From: Minisyncoccota bacterium | Lineage (GTDB): Bacteria > Patescibacteriota > Minisyncoccia > Phycocordibacterales > UBA9973 | DNA length: 64,000 nt | Direction of reading: 5' to 3' | Assembly: GCA_036169735.1 (NCBI GenBank) | Contig: JAVHNX010000036.1 | Coordinates: 13,681 to 77,680, forward strand | Notes under the pieces: generated by a model | The model's input: the letters and a program-made list of their open reading frames with translations, nothing else | The model's database searches: none | Told to the model about the DNA's origin: nothing | Position numbers and translations under genes: made by a program | Part shown: positions 15,403 through 26,061 of the stretch, in pieces | Position numbering within the stretch: the stretch's first letter is position 1 | How the letters are laid out: each line of letters begins with the position of its first letter

Positions 15403-18030
15403 ATGAATTGGCTTAGACATATTTTTTCAAAAATTAAAGGAGGAGAGGAAATTGATAATTCTTCTCAAAAGGAACTCTCAGATAATTTATTAGAATTTGC
15501 TATTAACGACTCTAATTTTGCACTAAATAAACTAGATTCTAGTGTAAGTGGTTTAGATCAAGAAGAGGTTCAAAAAAGAATTAAAATTTTTGGATTTAAT
15601 GACCTCTCTGAAGAGAAAAAAACAAATCATTTGTTTAGGTTATTTAAAATCTTAAAAGATCCTTTAAATTTACTTTTGGCAGTTTTGGCAATAGTTTCTT
15701 TTTTTGTTGGTGATACTAAAGCCGCTACTATCATCATAGTGATGGTTTTAATGAGTATTATTTTAAATTTTTATCAGGAAACAAAAGCTGAAATAGCTGC
15801 TGATAAATTAAAATCAATAATTCATGCAAAATCTACCGTAATAAGAGGGGGAATTAAATCCCAAATTTTGTTAAGAGAAATTGTTCCTGGTGATATAGTT
15901 TTTTTGTATTCTGGTACGATTATTCCAGGAGATGTTAGGTTAATTTCTTCAAAAGATTTATTTATAAATCAAGCGACATTGACTGGTGAATCGATGCCAG
16001 TTGAAAAACATATTACTGATATTGATTTAAATGATAAAAGTGTAATAGAAATTAGTAATTTGTGTTTTTTGGGTACGAGTGTTGAAAGCGGTGTGGCTAC
16101 AGCTTTGGTTTTGAGTACTGGAAGAAAAACTTATTTAGGTAATATTTCTCACGATATAAATAAAAATAATCATGTTTCTGATTTTAATAAGGAGTTAAAA
16201 CAGTTTGTTCTTTTGATTCTAAAATTTATGGCAGTTATGGTGCCTGCTGTTTTTTTATTTAATGGTTTTTTCAAAGGGGATTGGTTTGAGGCTTTTTTGT
16301 TTGCGATTGCTGTTGCTGTTGGTGTTGCACCAGAAATGATTCCAACGATTGTGGCTGTAAATTTATCAAAAGGAGCTTTGGTTTTGTCAAAAAATAAAGT
16401 TATTGTAAAACACTTGGATGCTATTGAGAATCTAGGAGTAATGGATGTTTTATGTACAGACAAGACGGGAACAATAACAGAAGGAAAAATTGTCTTAGAA
16501 AAACATTTAGATATCAATGGCAAGGAGAGTGTTGAAGCATTACATTGTGCATTTATAAATAGTTATTTTCAGACAGGTTTAAACGATATCATAGATGATG
16601 CTATTTTAAGACATGAAGAAGCCAAGGAAAAACTAGAAATAGTAAACTATCAAAAGATAGATGAAATTCCTTTTGATTACAACAGAAGAAAAATGTCGGT
16701 GATAGTATCAAATGATAAAGATAAAAATTTATTTGTCTGTAAAGGAGCAGTAGAAGAAGTTTTGGGTTCTTGTAGTGGCGTACTAGTTGATAATAAAATA
16801 GTTTCCTTAAGTGGTTTCAGTGAAGATAAAAAAATACAAATTGAAAAGGAGTTAAATAAAGATGGTTTTCGGGTTATTGCTATTGCATACAAAGAAGTTA
16901 GTAAAGATAAAAAGATTTTTACTAGTGATGATGAAAATGATCTTATTTTTGTTGGATTTCTTGCATTTTTTGATCCACCCAAACAAAGTGCTGCTGAAAC
17001 GATAGAAGATCTAAATGAGTTGGGTGTAAGTGTAAAAATTTTAACGGGTGACAACGAAATAGTTACAAGAAAAATATGCGAGGAAGTAGGTATGCATATA
17101 GATAGAATACTTTTAGGTAAAGACATTGAAAAATTTACTGATGAGGAGTTGGCAAGAGAAGTTGAATTAGTTTCAGTTTATGCCAAACTTTCTCCGTATG
17201 ATAAAGAGAGAATAATAAAAACCTTACGCAAAAATAATCACGTAGTGGGTTTTCTTGGAGATGGTATCAATGATTCTCTTTCTTTAATTTCTGCCGATAT
17301 AGGGATATCTGTCGACACAGCAGCTGATATAGCGAAAGAGTCTTCAGATATGATTTTATTGGAAAAAAGTTTACTTGTTCTTAAAGAAGGAATTAAAGAG
17401 GGAAGAAGAATTTTTGATAACATAATAAAATATATAAAAATGGCAGCTAGTTCAAATTTTGGAAATATGTTCAGTGTGGTCGGTGGAAGTATATTTTTAC
17501 CTTTCCTTCCAATGTTGCCTGTCCAGATTTTAACTAACAATATTTTGTATGATTTTTCACAAATGACTATTCCAACAGACAACGTAGACGAGGAACGTTT
17601 ATTGAAACCTAAAAAATGGGACTTCAAAAATATTAAAAGATTTATTTTGTTTTTTGGTCCGATAAGTTCTTTGTTTGATTATGCTACTTTTTTTGTAATG
17701 CTTTATGTTTTTCACGCTTGGGGTAATCCTGCTCTTTTCCAGACTGGTTGGTTTGTTGAATCATTACTTACTCAGACTTTGATTGTACATATTATTAGAA
17801 CAAGTAAGATTCCATTTTTCCAGAGTATGGCTAGCTGGCCTCTGGTTGTTTCTACTTTGTCTGTAATTGCGTTTGGAATCTACCTTCCATTTTCACCATT
17901 TGCTGAAGCCTTTAAGCTTGTTGCACTACCAGTGTCATATTTTATATTTTTAGTTATTGGGCTTATTCTTTACTTTATATTAACTCAATTCCTAAAGATG
18001 TGGTTTATTAAAAAATACGAGTGGATATAA
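15403..18030 (+). CDS. mgtA: Magnesium-translocating P-type ATPase
   Basis: DKTGTIT phosphorylation motif, TGDN motif (ILTGDNEIVTRKICEEVG as in MgtA), GDGINDS, ten predicted TM helices; 875 aa. Confidence 0.7.
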   Translation: MNWLRHIFSKIKGGEEIDNSSQKELSDNLLEFAINDSNFALNKLDSSVSGLDQEEVQKRIKIFGFNDLSEEKKTNHLFRLFKILKDPLNLLLAVLAIVSFFVGDTKAATIIIVMVLMSIILNFYQETKAEIAADKLKSIIHAKSTVIRGGIKSQILLREIVPGDIVFLYSGTIIPGDVRLISSKDLFINQATLTGESMPVEKHITDIDLNDKSVIEISNLCFLGTSVESGVATALVLSTGRKTYLGNISHDINKNNHVSDFNKELKQFVLLILKFMAVMVPAVFLFNGFFKGDWFEAFLFAIAVAVGVAPEMIPTIVAVNLSKGALVLSKNKVIVKHLDAIENLGVMDVLCTDKTGTITEGKIVLEKHLDINGKESVEALHCAFINSYFQTGLNDIIDDAILRHEEAKEKLEIVNYQKIDEIPFDYNRRKMSVIVSNDKDKNLFVCKGAVEEVLGSCSGVLVDNKIVSLSGFSEDKKIQIEKELNKDGFRVIAIAYKEVSKDKKIFTSDDENDLIFVGFLAFFDPPKQSAAETIEDLNELGVSVKILTGDNEIVTRKICEEVGMHIDRILLGKDIEKFTDEELAREVELVSVYAKLSPYDKERIIKTLRKNNHVVGFLGDGINDSLSLISADIGISVDTAADIAKESSDMILLEKSLLVLKEGIKEGRRIFDNIIKYIKMAASSNFGNMFSVVGGSIFLPFLPMLPVQILTNNILYDFSQMTIPTDNVDEERLLKPKKWDFKNIKRFILFFGPISSLFDYATFFVMLYVFHAWGNPALFQTGWFVESLLTQTLIVHIIRTSKIPFFQSMASWPLVVSTLSVIAFGIYLPFSPFAEAFKLVALPVSYFIFLVIGLILYFILTQFLKMWFIKKYEWI

Positions 18031-18074
18031 GAGTTGTTTGCTTTATTGGTTCAAGATGATAAATTAAGTATGTT

Positions 18075-18995
18075 ATGAATAAAAGATATATTATCAGTTT
18101 CATTCTAATAATTTCTATTGTTTTGTTTTTGGTCTTTTTATTCCGCATTCAAAAACAAACACCAATCAAGTCTGATAGGTTACAAGTCGTGGCTAGCTTT
18201 TACCCTTTGTATTTCTTTGCTAGTCAAATTGGTGGAGACAAAGTTCAAGTAATAAATATTACTCCTGCCGGCATTGAACCACATGACTATGAACCAAAAG
18301 CTCAAGACATGGCCAAAATAGAAAATAGTAGTTTATTAGTTTTAAATGGTGGTGGTTTGGAATCTTGGGGTAAAAATATTGAAACAAATATAAATCCTGA
18401 ACGTACAAAAATACTAACAGTAGGAGATGGTTTATTAAATAGACAAATAACAGAAAATGGAAAAGAAAGTATTGATCCACATATTTGGCTTTCACCAGAA
18501 GTTTCAAAAAAAATAGTGGATAAAATTACTGAAAGTTTCATAGAAGTTGATTCTATGAATAAAGATTATTATCTCTCTAATGCTAACATCTTAAAAGAAA
18601 AATTAAGTAACCTTGATTTGTCTTATAAACAAGGTCTAAGTAATTGCACAGAAAAAAATATTATTACATCTCATACTGCTTTTGGGTATTTAGCTGCAAC
18701 TTATGGTTTTAATCAAATATCAATCGCAGGATTGTCACCTGATGCGGAGCCTTCCACGAAGCAATTGGTAGATATACTAAAATTTGCTAAACTTAATAAT
18801 GTTAAGTACATATTTTTTGAGAGTCTGGTTAATCCAAAACTTTCAGAGACTATTGCAAACGAAATCGGAGCACAGACTATGGTATTAAATCCTATTGAAG
18901 GATTGACTCAGAGCGAACTATCTAAAGGTAAGGATTACTTTACTGAGATGCAGAATAACTTATTAAATTTAGAAATAGCATTACAATGCAAATAG
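18075..18995 (+). CDS. Metal (Zn/Mn) ABC transporter substrate-binding protein, ZnuA/TroA family
   Basis: Signal/TM anchor, VVASFYPLYFFASQIGGDKV...DPHIWLSP pattern typical of cluster A-I SBPs. Confidence 0.65.
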   Translation: MNKRYIISFILIISIVLFLVFLFRIQKQTPIKSDRLQVVASFYPLYFFASQIGGDKVQVINITPAGIEPHDYEPKAQDMAKIENSSLLVLNGGGLESWGKNIETNINPERTKILTVGDGLLNRQITENGKESIDPHIWLSPEVSKKIVDKITESFIEVDSMNKDYYLSNANILKEKLSNLDLSYKQGLSNCTEKNIITSHTAFGYLAATYGFNQISIAGLSPDAEPSTKQLVDILKFAKLNNVKYIFFESLVNPKLSETIANEIGAQTMVLNPIEGLTQSELSKGKDYFTEMQNNLLNLEIALQCK

Positions 18996-19759
18996 TAGAT
19001 CATACAAAAAATATTATAGAAGTAAAAAATATTTTCTTTTCTTATAATAAAGAAGAGGTTATTCGAGATATTTCTTTTGATGTACATCAAGGTGATTATT
19101 TAGGAATGATAGGACCAAACGGAGCGGGTAAAACAACCTTATTAAAAATAATGCTAGGACTTCTTGTTGCTGGTAGTGGTTCTGTTAAATTATTTGGACA
19201 GGATATTAAGAATTTTAAAGATTGGCAAAAAATAGGTTATGTACCACAAAAGGCGACTAGTTTTGATATCAATTTTCCTGCGACAGTGAAAGAAGTAGTA
19301 TTAATGGGTAGATATGCTCGTGCTGGACTTTTCCATGGAATGACTAAAAAAGATTTAAACTTAGTACAGAAATCTTTAGAACAAGTTGATATGTGGGAAT
19401 ACAGAGACCGACTTATTGGAGATCTTTCTGGTGGACAACAACAGCGTGTTTTTATCGCACGAGCTCTTGTCTCCGAACCAGAAATTATTTTTTTGGATGA
19501 GCCTACCTCTGGTGTAGATGAAAAAACTCAAAATGAATTTTTTAGTTTACTTAGAAAATTAAACCAGGAATTTTCTTTGACATTAGTTCTTGTTTCTCAT
19601 GATATAGAAAAGATTACTAAAGAAGTAATGCATATTGCTTGTATAGACAAAACTCTAGTTTGCCATATGTCTCCAGAAGAATATATAAAAGAAAGTCATG
19701 ATGTAAATATTTCTGGGTTGCCGGTAAAAATTATTACTTCACATCACCATAATAATTAA
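18986..19759 (+). CDS. Metal ABC transporter ATP-binding protein
   Basis: Walker A GPNGAGKTT, ABC signature LSGGQQQRV, Walker B IIFLDEP. Confidence 0.75.
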   Translation: MQIVDHTKNIIEVKNIFFSYNKEEVIRDISFDVHQGDYLGMIGPNGAGKTTLLKIMLGLLVAGSGSVKLFGQDIKNFKDWQKIGYVPQKATSFDINFPATVKEVVLMGRYARAGLFHGMTKKDLNLVQKSLEQVDMWEYRDRLIGDLSGGQQQRVFIARALVSEPEIIFLDEPTSGVDEKTQNEFFSLLRKLNQEFSLTLVLVSHDIEKITKEVMHIACIDKTLVCHMSPEEYIKESHDVNISGLPVKIITSHHHNN

Positions 19760-19777
19760 TAAAAATAATATAAAAAA

Positions 19778-20581
19778 ATGTTAGAAAATATTTTACAATA
19801 TGGTTTTGTGGTTAGGGGATTGGAAGCTGGAATTGTCGTTGCGATTATTGCTCCGTTGATTGGTATTTTTCTTGTTCTTAGAAGATACTCACTCATTGCT
19901 GATACTCTTTCTCATGTGTCCTTAGCGGGCATCTCTATCGGTTTACTCCTGGGTTTGAATCCTATGGCGACTGCTTTGGGCTCCACTGTCTTGGCTTCAT
20001 TCGGAATCGAACGTCTTCGTACTTCTAAAAGAGTCTACGGTGAATCGGCATTAGCTTTATTTATGTCCGGTAGTTTAGCGTTGGCTATTGTTTTGCTTAG
20101 TCTTTCTAATGGTTTGAATGCGAATCTTTTTAATTATTTATTTGGAAGTATTGTTACTGTTACAATAAACGATGTAATCATGATTGGTCTTTTAGCTATC
20201 GTTGTTGTTGTTACTTTGTTTACTTTTTATAAAGAACTTGTATATGTTACCTTCGATGAAGAAGCAGCAAAGGTCAGTGGCATCCCTGTTCGTTTTATTA
20301 ATACAATCCTTATTTTTCTTACAGCTCTAACTGTATCTCTTGCAATGCCGATCGTCGGTGTTTTGTTAATTGCTGCTTTGATTGTTGTTCCAGTCGTCAC
20401 AGCATTACAATTACGTAAAAGTTTCATACAGACAATTATTTGGGCAGAAATTATTTCTATTTTTTCAGTAATTTCCGGAATCATTTTTTCTTTTTATTTA
20501 AATCTTTCTACTGGAGGCACAATTGTCTTATTGATGCTTTCTATTTTTGTTATAGTTTTCTTTTCTAAACGTAGTAATTAA
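19778..20581 (+). CDS. Metal ABC transporter permease (ZnuB-like)
   Basis: 267 aa, 7-8 TM helices, follows SBP and ATPase genes. Confidence 0.65.
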   Translation: MLENILQYGFVVRGLEAGIVVAIIAPLIGIFLVLRRYSLIADTLSHVSLAGISIGLLLGLNPMATALGSTVLASFGIERLRTSKRVYGESALALFMSGSLALAIVLLSLSNGLNANLFNYLFGSIVTVTINDVIMIGLLAIVVVVTLFTFYKELVYVTFDEEAAKVSGIPVRFINTILIFLTALTVSLAMPIVGVLLIAALIVVPVVTALQLRKSFIQTIIWAEIISIFSVISGIIFSFYLNLSTGGTIVLLMLSIFVIVFFSKRSN

Positions 20582-20619
20582 AAAGGTATTTTTAGAAATT
20601 AAATTTATTTGCTGTTTTA

Positions 20620-21258
20620 TTAATCATCCAGTTCTTTATTTCCCTCTATTTTATCTTTAGGATTTTTATTTGATTCTGGTTTATCTTCTATTATTTTTTT
20701 AGTTTCATTTTCTATTTCTGGTTTATCTAACTTTAGAAGGACGCTGTTTATTTTTTGGGTTGTTGATTCAGTGTTGATATTTACGGAATTGTTTATTTTT
20801 GAAATGGCGTCAAGATTATTTTTCAGCTCGTCTCCCATTTGAGCTTTTTTTGTTTTATCCAACTTTCCAGTCAAAGATAGGGCTTGTATTTCAGCCAGAC
20901 GCCTGTCTACTATTTTTTTATGCCAGGCGATTTTGGCTTCAGGAGAAAACTGGAGAGCGGATATTATTTTTTCATTTATATTTATCTTAATAGGATGGAG
21001 TATATCTCCAGGTAGAGATTTCTCAGCGGCAAAAGCGAGTGCACCTCCTCCAAAAATAACAATCAGGCAGGCGGCAATCAACGATTTTCTAAGAGTCAAA
21101 AAATGTGACTTGAACAAATAAGGTGAAGGTGTGCTTGCCATGGGTGAAGAAAAAATAAAAGAAGATAAATTTGAACGGATAAAAATCATTTCCCTTTCGG
21201 TAATTGTTATTTTTTTTAACTTATTTATAAGTTGTTTAATCTGTTTGTCCATTTTCAT
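20620..21258 (-). CDS. Putative anti-sigma factor (single-pass membrane protein)
   Basis: Directly downstream of and overlapping the ECF sigma gene; central TM helix LIAACLIVIFGGGALAFAA; no recognizable enzymatic motifs. Confidence 0.35.
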   Translation of the reverse strand: MKMDKQIKQLINKLKKITITEREMIFIRSNLSSFIFSSPMASTPSPYLFKSHFLTLRKSLIAACLIVIFGGGALAFAAEKSLPGDILHPIKININEKIISALQFSPEAKIAWHKKIVDRRLAEIQALSLTGKLDKTKKAQMGDELKNNLDAISKINNSVNINTESTTQKINSVLLKLDKPEIENETKKIIEDKPESNKNPKDKIEGNKELDD

Positions 21259-21760
21259 TTAAAATAATTTTTAATTTTTCCAATCCTCTGTGAATTCTTA
21301 CGGAAACATTGTTTTCAGTCTCGTTTGTTATTTTTGCTATTTCTTTAATTGATAAATCTTCTACATATCGTAAAGTTATGATTTCGCTGTATTTTTCTTC
21401 AAGTTTTTTTATAGTTTCGAGTGCCTTCTCTCCTTCAAAGATCATTTCTATTTCTTCCTTCAAATCTTTTTCGTTAGCAAAGTCAAAACCGTCATCAATC
21501 ATTTTGTCTAATGAAAAGTCTTTTTTCTTTCGTCTGTCATCTATCACCGTATTTCTTGCGACTTGATACAAAAAAGCTTTTACATGCTCGATTTTATTTT
21601 CACCGGAAGACATATATGTCCAGACTTTTATAAAAGTATTTTGCGCTATATCCTTTGCTTTTTCTCGATCACTCGTTTGGAAATAGCAATAGCGGAAGAT
21701 TGCGTCTGCATACTCATCGTATATTTTCAAGAATTTTTCTTCTGATTTTTTGATGTCCAT
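21236..21760 (-). CDS. ECF-type RNA polymerase sigma factor (sigma-70 family group 4)
   Basis: Region 2 (IAQNTFIKVWTYM...FLYQVARNTVID) and region 4 (ITLRYVEDLSIKEIAKITNETENNVSVRIHRGLEKLK). Confidence 0.75.
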   Translation of the reverse strand: MDIKKSEEKFLKIYDEYADAIFRYCYFQTSDREKAKDIAQNTFIKVWTYMSSGENKIEHVKAFLYQVARNTVIDDRRKKKDFSLDKMIDDGFDFANEKDLKEEIEMIFEGEKALETIKKLEEKYSEIITLRYVEDLSIKEIAKITNETENNVSVRIHRGLEKLKIILNENGQTD

Positions 21761-21944
21761 GTTTCAATTATTAAGACGTTTTATCTTCCAAATTATTACG
21801 TTTATATATAATAGAGGCATATCAAACATATTGCAAATTAAACATTAGCGTCAAATCATGTAAGATTAGTAAGATTGCCTCGTCTTATATAATGTCGGAA
21901 CATTATTATTAAGGTTTTTATTATAAGTAATATAAATTTAATTT

Positions 21945-22748
21945 ATGAAAAAATATATAAGTACTCTGTTTTTAGTTGGTTTTCTTATGGTTCCAGGATT
22001 ATCCTTTGCTCAACAGGCAGATGTAAATCCTGCAGGAACATCTGCCTGTGCAGATATTAATGCAAATATAGGCTTTGGTAATCGTGATAGTGATGTAAAT
22101 AGTAATGCCGTATCAATGCTTCAAGATTTTCTAAGTACCAGTGGATTTTTAACAGCTACTCCAAGTGGTTACTTCGGTAGTGCCACATTGAAAGCAATTA
22201 AAGCTTTTCAAGCAGCCAATGGTATAAGTCCAACAGGCTATGTTGGTGCTCTTACTCGTGCAAAGATTAAAGACATTGATTGTAATGGTGGAACTGCAGG
22301 TACAGCACCAGCTAGTCCAATTCAACAACCGGTATCTCCAACAGTAGATAATTCATCGGTAAATAATCCTGCAACAGTTAATCCAGTAGTTCCTAATTTA
22401 TCTGTGAATCCTCTTATCAAAGGTGAAAGTGAAAATAGTAGTGTAAACAAAGGTGAAAGTGAAAGTGAAAATAGTAGTGTAAGTAAAAATGAAAATGAAA
22501 GTGAAAATAGTAGTGTAAGTAAAAATGAAAATGAAGGTGAAAATAGTAGTGTAAACAAAGGTGAAGGTGAAAATAGTAATGCAAACGGAAACAATGCTGA
22601 TTGTTCAGCGGGTGATAAATTTAGTTCAAAAACAGGACAATTATGTTCTAGTATAGCTCCTGTTGTGTATCCAGAAGGTTGTAATGCAAATTTTGCTTTC
22701 AGTCCAGTAACAGGAAAGTCATGTTCTGTTACTAGTTCAACACAATAA
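21945..22748 (+). CDS. Secreted protein with peptidoglycan-binding (PG_binding_1-like) domain and acidic Ser/Glu/Asn tandem repeats
   Basis: Signal peptide; DVNSNAVSMLQDFLSTSGFLTATPSGYFGSATLKAIKAFQAANGISPTGYVGALTRAKI resembles the PG-binding helical repeat; repeat region NSSVNKGESE x about 5; Cys-rich C-terminal end. Confidence 0.5.
   Translation: MKKYISTLFLVGFLMVPGLSFAQQADVNPAGTSACADINANIGFGNRDSDVNSNAVSMLQDFLSTSGFLTATPSGYFGSATLKAIKAFQAANGISPTGYVGALTRAKIKDIDCNGGTAGTAPASPIQQPVSPTVDNSSVNNPATVNPVVPNLSVNPLIKGESENSSVNKGESESENSSVSKNENESENSSVSKNENEGENSSVNKGEGENSNANGNNADCSAGDKFSSKTGQLCSSIAPVVYPEGCNANFAFSPVTGKSCSVTSSTQ
22422..22592 (+). repeat. Coding tandem repeat (30-39-nt units)
   Basis: Repeated gaaaatagtagtgtaa(ac/gt)aaa...gaaagtgaa units encoding NSSV(N/S)K(G/N)E(S/N)E. 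Confidence 0.7.
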
Positions 22749-22761
22749 AAATTACAAATAA

Positions 22762-22789
22762 AAAACCTCCTATTTAGGAGGTTTTTTAT
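22762..22789 (+). terminator. Rho-independent terminator
   Basis: aacctcctatttaggaggtt followed by a T-run. Confidence 0.65.
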
Positions 22790-22916
22790 TTGCTGTTTTT
22801 AAAATAATATGCTATTATGGATTTATTCAAATGAAGTCCTCGGGCTTTTTTGTTTTATTCCGCTTCTACGGCGGATTGCCGATGAGGCAATATTATTATT
22901 ATAAAAAATACACAAA

Positions 22917-24722
22917 ATGGAAATCAGAAACATCGCAATTATCGCACACGTTGACCACGGCAAGACTACCTTGACCGACGCCCTAATGAAACAAAATGGA
23001 GGCCTTCAAGATGAAGGATTGACCATGGACTCAAACGCTATTGAAAAAGAGCGTGGTATTACTATTTATTCTAAAAATACTTCTATTACTTACAAAGATA
23101 CAAAGATTAACATTGTTGATACTCCTGGACACGCTGATTTCGGTTCTGAAGTTGAGCGTGTTTTGCGTGCTATTGATTCGGTGCTTCTTTTAGTGGATGC
23201 GGTTGAAGGACCTATGCCTCAAACTCGATTCGTTTTAAAGAAATCATTAGAGCTAGGACTTAAGCCAATCGTAGTTATCAATAAAATCGACAAGCCAGCT
23301 GCAGATCCAAATCGTGTACACGAAGAAGTCCTTGGTTTGTTTTTTGAACTTGGTGCGACTGATGAACAAGCAAATTTCGAAACTATTTATGCTATTGGCC
23401 GTCAAGGTTTAGCAAAAAGACATCTTAATGATGAATCTAAAGATTTGTCTCCACTTCTAGATCTTATTTTAGAAAAAGTTCCAGCAGCTTCTGTGAATGA
23501 AGATGCAAAAATGTCCGCTCAGGTTTTCAATCTTGGTTACGACAACTTCTTAGGTAGAATGGCTGTTGCCAGAATTTACTCCGGAAAGATAACTCCAAAT
23601 AGTCAACTTTTTGTTAAAGGAGAAAACGGTACTCGACCAGCAAGAATAACAAAATTATTTACCTTTGAAGGTATCAGTAGAAAAGACGTTACAGAAGCAA
23701 CATCTGGTGATATCGTGCTTCTTGCAGGTATTCCAGATATTTATATTGGTGAGACAATCTGTGGAGACGAAAGTGTAGAACCTTTACCACACATTGCTAT
23801 TGATGAGCCTACAATTTCTCTAAACCTTTTAGTTAACGATTCTCCATTCGCAGGTAAGGAAGGAAAGTTTGTTACTTCAAGACAGATCAAAGAAAGACTT
23901 GAAAAAGAACTTGAAATCAACGTTGGTCTTAAAGTAGATTTTTCTCCAGACCAAGGTGAAATAAAATCAGGTCCAAGTTTCTTTAAAATTTATGGAAGAG
24001 GTGAATTGCACGTTGCGATTCTTCTGGAATACATGCGCCGAGAAGGATTCGAAATGCAGGTATCTCAGCCCGAGGTTATTATCAAAGAAGTGAATGGTAA
24101 AAAGACAGAACCTTACGAAGAATTGGTTGTGGATGTTCCTATGGAATCTTCCGGTGTTGTTATTGAAAAGATGGGAAAGCGCCGCGGTATCATGAAAGAT
24201 ATGACTGAAAAGGAGGGTATTGCGAGAATCGTTTTTGATATTCCTACACGTGGACTTTTGGGTTACCGTGGAGAATTTACTGTGGACACAAAAGGTGAGG
24301 GTATTATGTCCTCACGTGTTACAGGTTTCCAGGATTATGCAGGAGAAATCAAGAGACGAGAATACGGTGCTATGACCTCTATGGTTGCAGGTAAGGCTGT
24401 TGCTTTCTCTCTAGCAAACTTACAGGATCGTGGAGTTCTCTTTATTGAGCACGGAACTGAGGTTTACGAAGGTATGGTTGTTGGTAACGTTTTGAAAGGA
24501 GAAGACATGGCCGTGAACCCTACAAAAGGTAAACAGCTTACAAACATGCGTGCCTCAGGTACTGATGAAGCCTTATTTCTTAAGCCTGTTTATACTTTGA
24601 CTATTGAACGAGCCCTTGAAGTTATGAATGCAGACGAATACCTAGAAATAACTCCAAAGTCCGTCAGACTACGCAAAAAGTACCTTACAGAACAAGACCG
24701 TATTAAATCTTTACGAAAGTAA
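22917..24722 (+). CDS. typA: Translational GTPase TypA/BipA
   Basis: [22 protein letters not shown]; EF-G-like domain layout; about 600 aa, typical for BipA. Confidence 0.85.
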   Translation: MEIRNIAIIAHVDHGKTTLTDALMKQNGGLQDEGLTMDSNAIEKERGITIYSKNTSITYKDTKINIVDTPGHADFGSEVERVLRAIDSVLLLVDAVEGPMPQTRFVLKKSLELGLKPIVVINKIDKPAADPNRVHEEVLGLFFELGATDEQANFETIYAIGRQGLAKRHLNDESKDLSPLLDLILEKVPAASVNEDAKMSAQVFNLGYDNFLGRMAVARIYSGKITPNSQLFVKGENGTRPARITKLFTFEGISRKDVTEATSGDIVLLAGIPDIYIGETICGDESVEPLPHIAIDEPTISLNLLVNDSPFAGKEGKFVTSRQIKERLEKELEINVGLKVDFSPDQGEIKSGPSFFKIYGRGELHVAILLEYMRREGFEMQVSQPEVIIKEVNGKKTEPYEELVVDVPMESSGVVIEKMGKRRGIMKDMTEKEGIARIVFDIPTRGLLGYRGEFTVDTKGEGIMSSRVTGFQDYAGEIKRREYGAMTSMVAGKAVAFSLANLQDRGVLFIEHGTEVYEGMVVGNVLKGEDMAVNPTKGKQLTNMRASGTDEALFLKPVYTLTIERALEVMNADEYLEITPKSVRLRKKYLTEQDRIKSLRK

Positions 24723-24838
24723 ATTTATTTCATTTATGTTAAGTCAAAATTTGACATTGTTAAAAATAAGTGTAATATGTATATGTAACTAAAATTTAAC
24801 CAAAATACTATTTATTATTAAAATTCTTTTTAAAGATT

Positions 24839-25867
24839 ATGTCAACAATATCATTTAAACCAAAACAAGTAACAAAGAAAATAACTTCACATCTTCAGGA
24901 TCGTGCGAGCGATGTTATAATGAATCGTTTTGGTTTGACTACTGATGCTCAACGTAAAACTCTAGAAGAAATCGGTAAGAAATACAGTATCACACGAGAA
25001 CGTGTTCGACAGATTGAAGATGCCGCTTTGGCTTCAATCAAGAAATCTGATGCTTATAAAGCAGAACAGGTTACTTTTGATGAGATAAAACAATTGATTC
25101 ATTCTCTTGGTTCAATCGTTGCTGAACATGAATTCTTATCTTCAATATCAAAAGATAAAGCTACCCAGAACCATATTCATTTTTATATGGTTTTAGGTGA
25201 TTCCTTCAAAAAACATCGTGAAGATGATCATTTCCAAACACGTTGGAGTATTGACGATGAAATGGCTTCTAAAGTCCATGATTCTCTAAAAAAACTTTAC
25301 TCAAGTTTGAGTGACTCAGATCTTGTTCCTGAAACTGAAATGATTAAAAAGTTTTTTGATCAAATGAAAGATGTTTCTGAACAGTTCAAAAATGAAGAGA
25401 TGGCAAAAAGATGGTTAACTATTTCAAAAACTATTTCTAAGAATCCTCTTGGAGAGTGGGGAAAATCAACATCACCAAATATTCATACTCGTGGAGTAAA
25501 AGATTATGCCTTTTTAGTAATGAGAAAACATGGAAACCCTATGCACTTCCGTGAAGTAGCTGATTCTATTTCTAAAACTTTTGGAAGAAAGACTCACTAC
25601 GCAACTTGTCATAATGAACTTATTAAAGACCCTCGTTTTGTCCTCGTTGGACGTGGAATGTATGCTCTTGCAGAATGGGGCTATAAAACAGGAATTGCAC
25701 GTGAAGTTATTCGTGATATTCTAAAAAGAGAAGGACCACTTTCTAAAGAAGATGTAGTAGAAAGAGTAATGAAAGAAAGATATTTTAAAAAGAATACTAT
25801 TTTAGTAAATCTACAGAACCCAAAATACTTCAAGAAGAACAAAAACGGACTTTATACTTTAGCTTAA
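24839..25867 (+). CDS. Putative transcription factor: sigma-70 region-4-like HTH (N-terminal) plus HARE-HTH-like winged helix (C-terminal)
   Basis: N-terminus EEIGKKYSITRERVRQIEDAALASIKK resembles the sigma region 4.2 signature. C-terminus PMHFREVADSISKTF...IKDPRFVLVGRGMYALAEWGY matches the HARE-HTH pattern known from RNAP delta subunit N-termini. Confidence 0.45.
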   Translation: MSTISFKPKQVTKKITSHLQDRASDVIMNRFGLTTDAQRKTLEEIGKKYSITRERVRQIEDAALASIKKSDAYKAEQVTFDEIKQLIHSLGSIVAEHEFLSSISKDKATQNHIHFYMVLGDSFKKHREDDHFQTRWSIDDEMASKVHDSLKKLYSSLSDSDLVPETEMIKKFFDQMKDVSEQFKNEEMAKRWLTISKTISKNPLGEWGKSTSPNIHTRGVKDYAFLVMRKHGNPMHFREVADSISKTFGRKTHYATCHNELIKDPRFVLVGRGMYALAEWGYKTGIAREVIRDILKREGPLSKEDVVERVMKERYFKKNTILVNLQNPKYFKKNKNGLYTLA

Positions 25868-25874
25868 TTTTATT

Positions 25875-26003
25875 ATGTACAATAAGGGTGTCGCTCACAT
25901 TATTTTAATTTTAATTGGTGTTCTAGTTATCCTGGTACTTTTAGGTTTTTTTTCTGTCCAACAAGGTTCTGATTCAGAAATTGATTCATCTCAGGTTCAA
26001 TAG
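25875..26003 (+). CDS. Possible 42-aa single-TM small protein
   Basis: ATG...TAG ORF MYNKGVAHIILILIGVLVILVLLGFFSVQQGSDSEIDSSQVQ in an otherwise empty 190-nt gap; not in the ORF track (too short). Confidence 0.2.
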   Translation: MYNKGVAHIILILIGVLVILVLLGFFSVQQGSDSEIDSSQVQ

Positions 26004-26061
26004 TAATAATCTATCCCCAATTTATTTTGATTTGTCTCACTTATGTATTAAAATATAACTA

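Noticed and set aside
22422-22592. Short tandem direct repeats resembling a CRISPR-like array.
   Set aside because: Repeats are contiguous, without spacers, in-frame inside a secreted protein gene and encode an NSSVNKGESE peptide repeat. This is not CRISPR.
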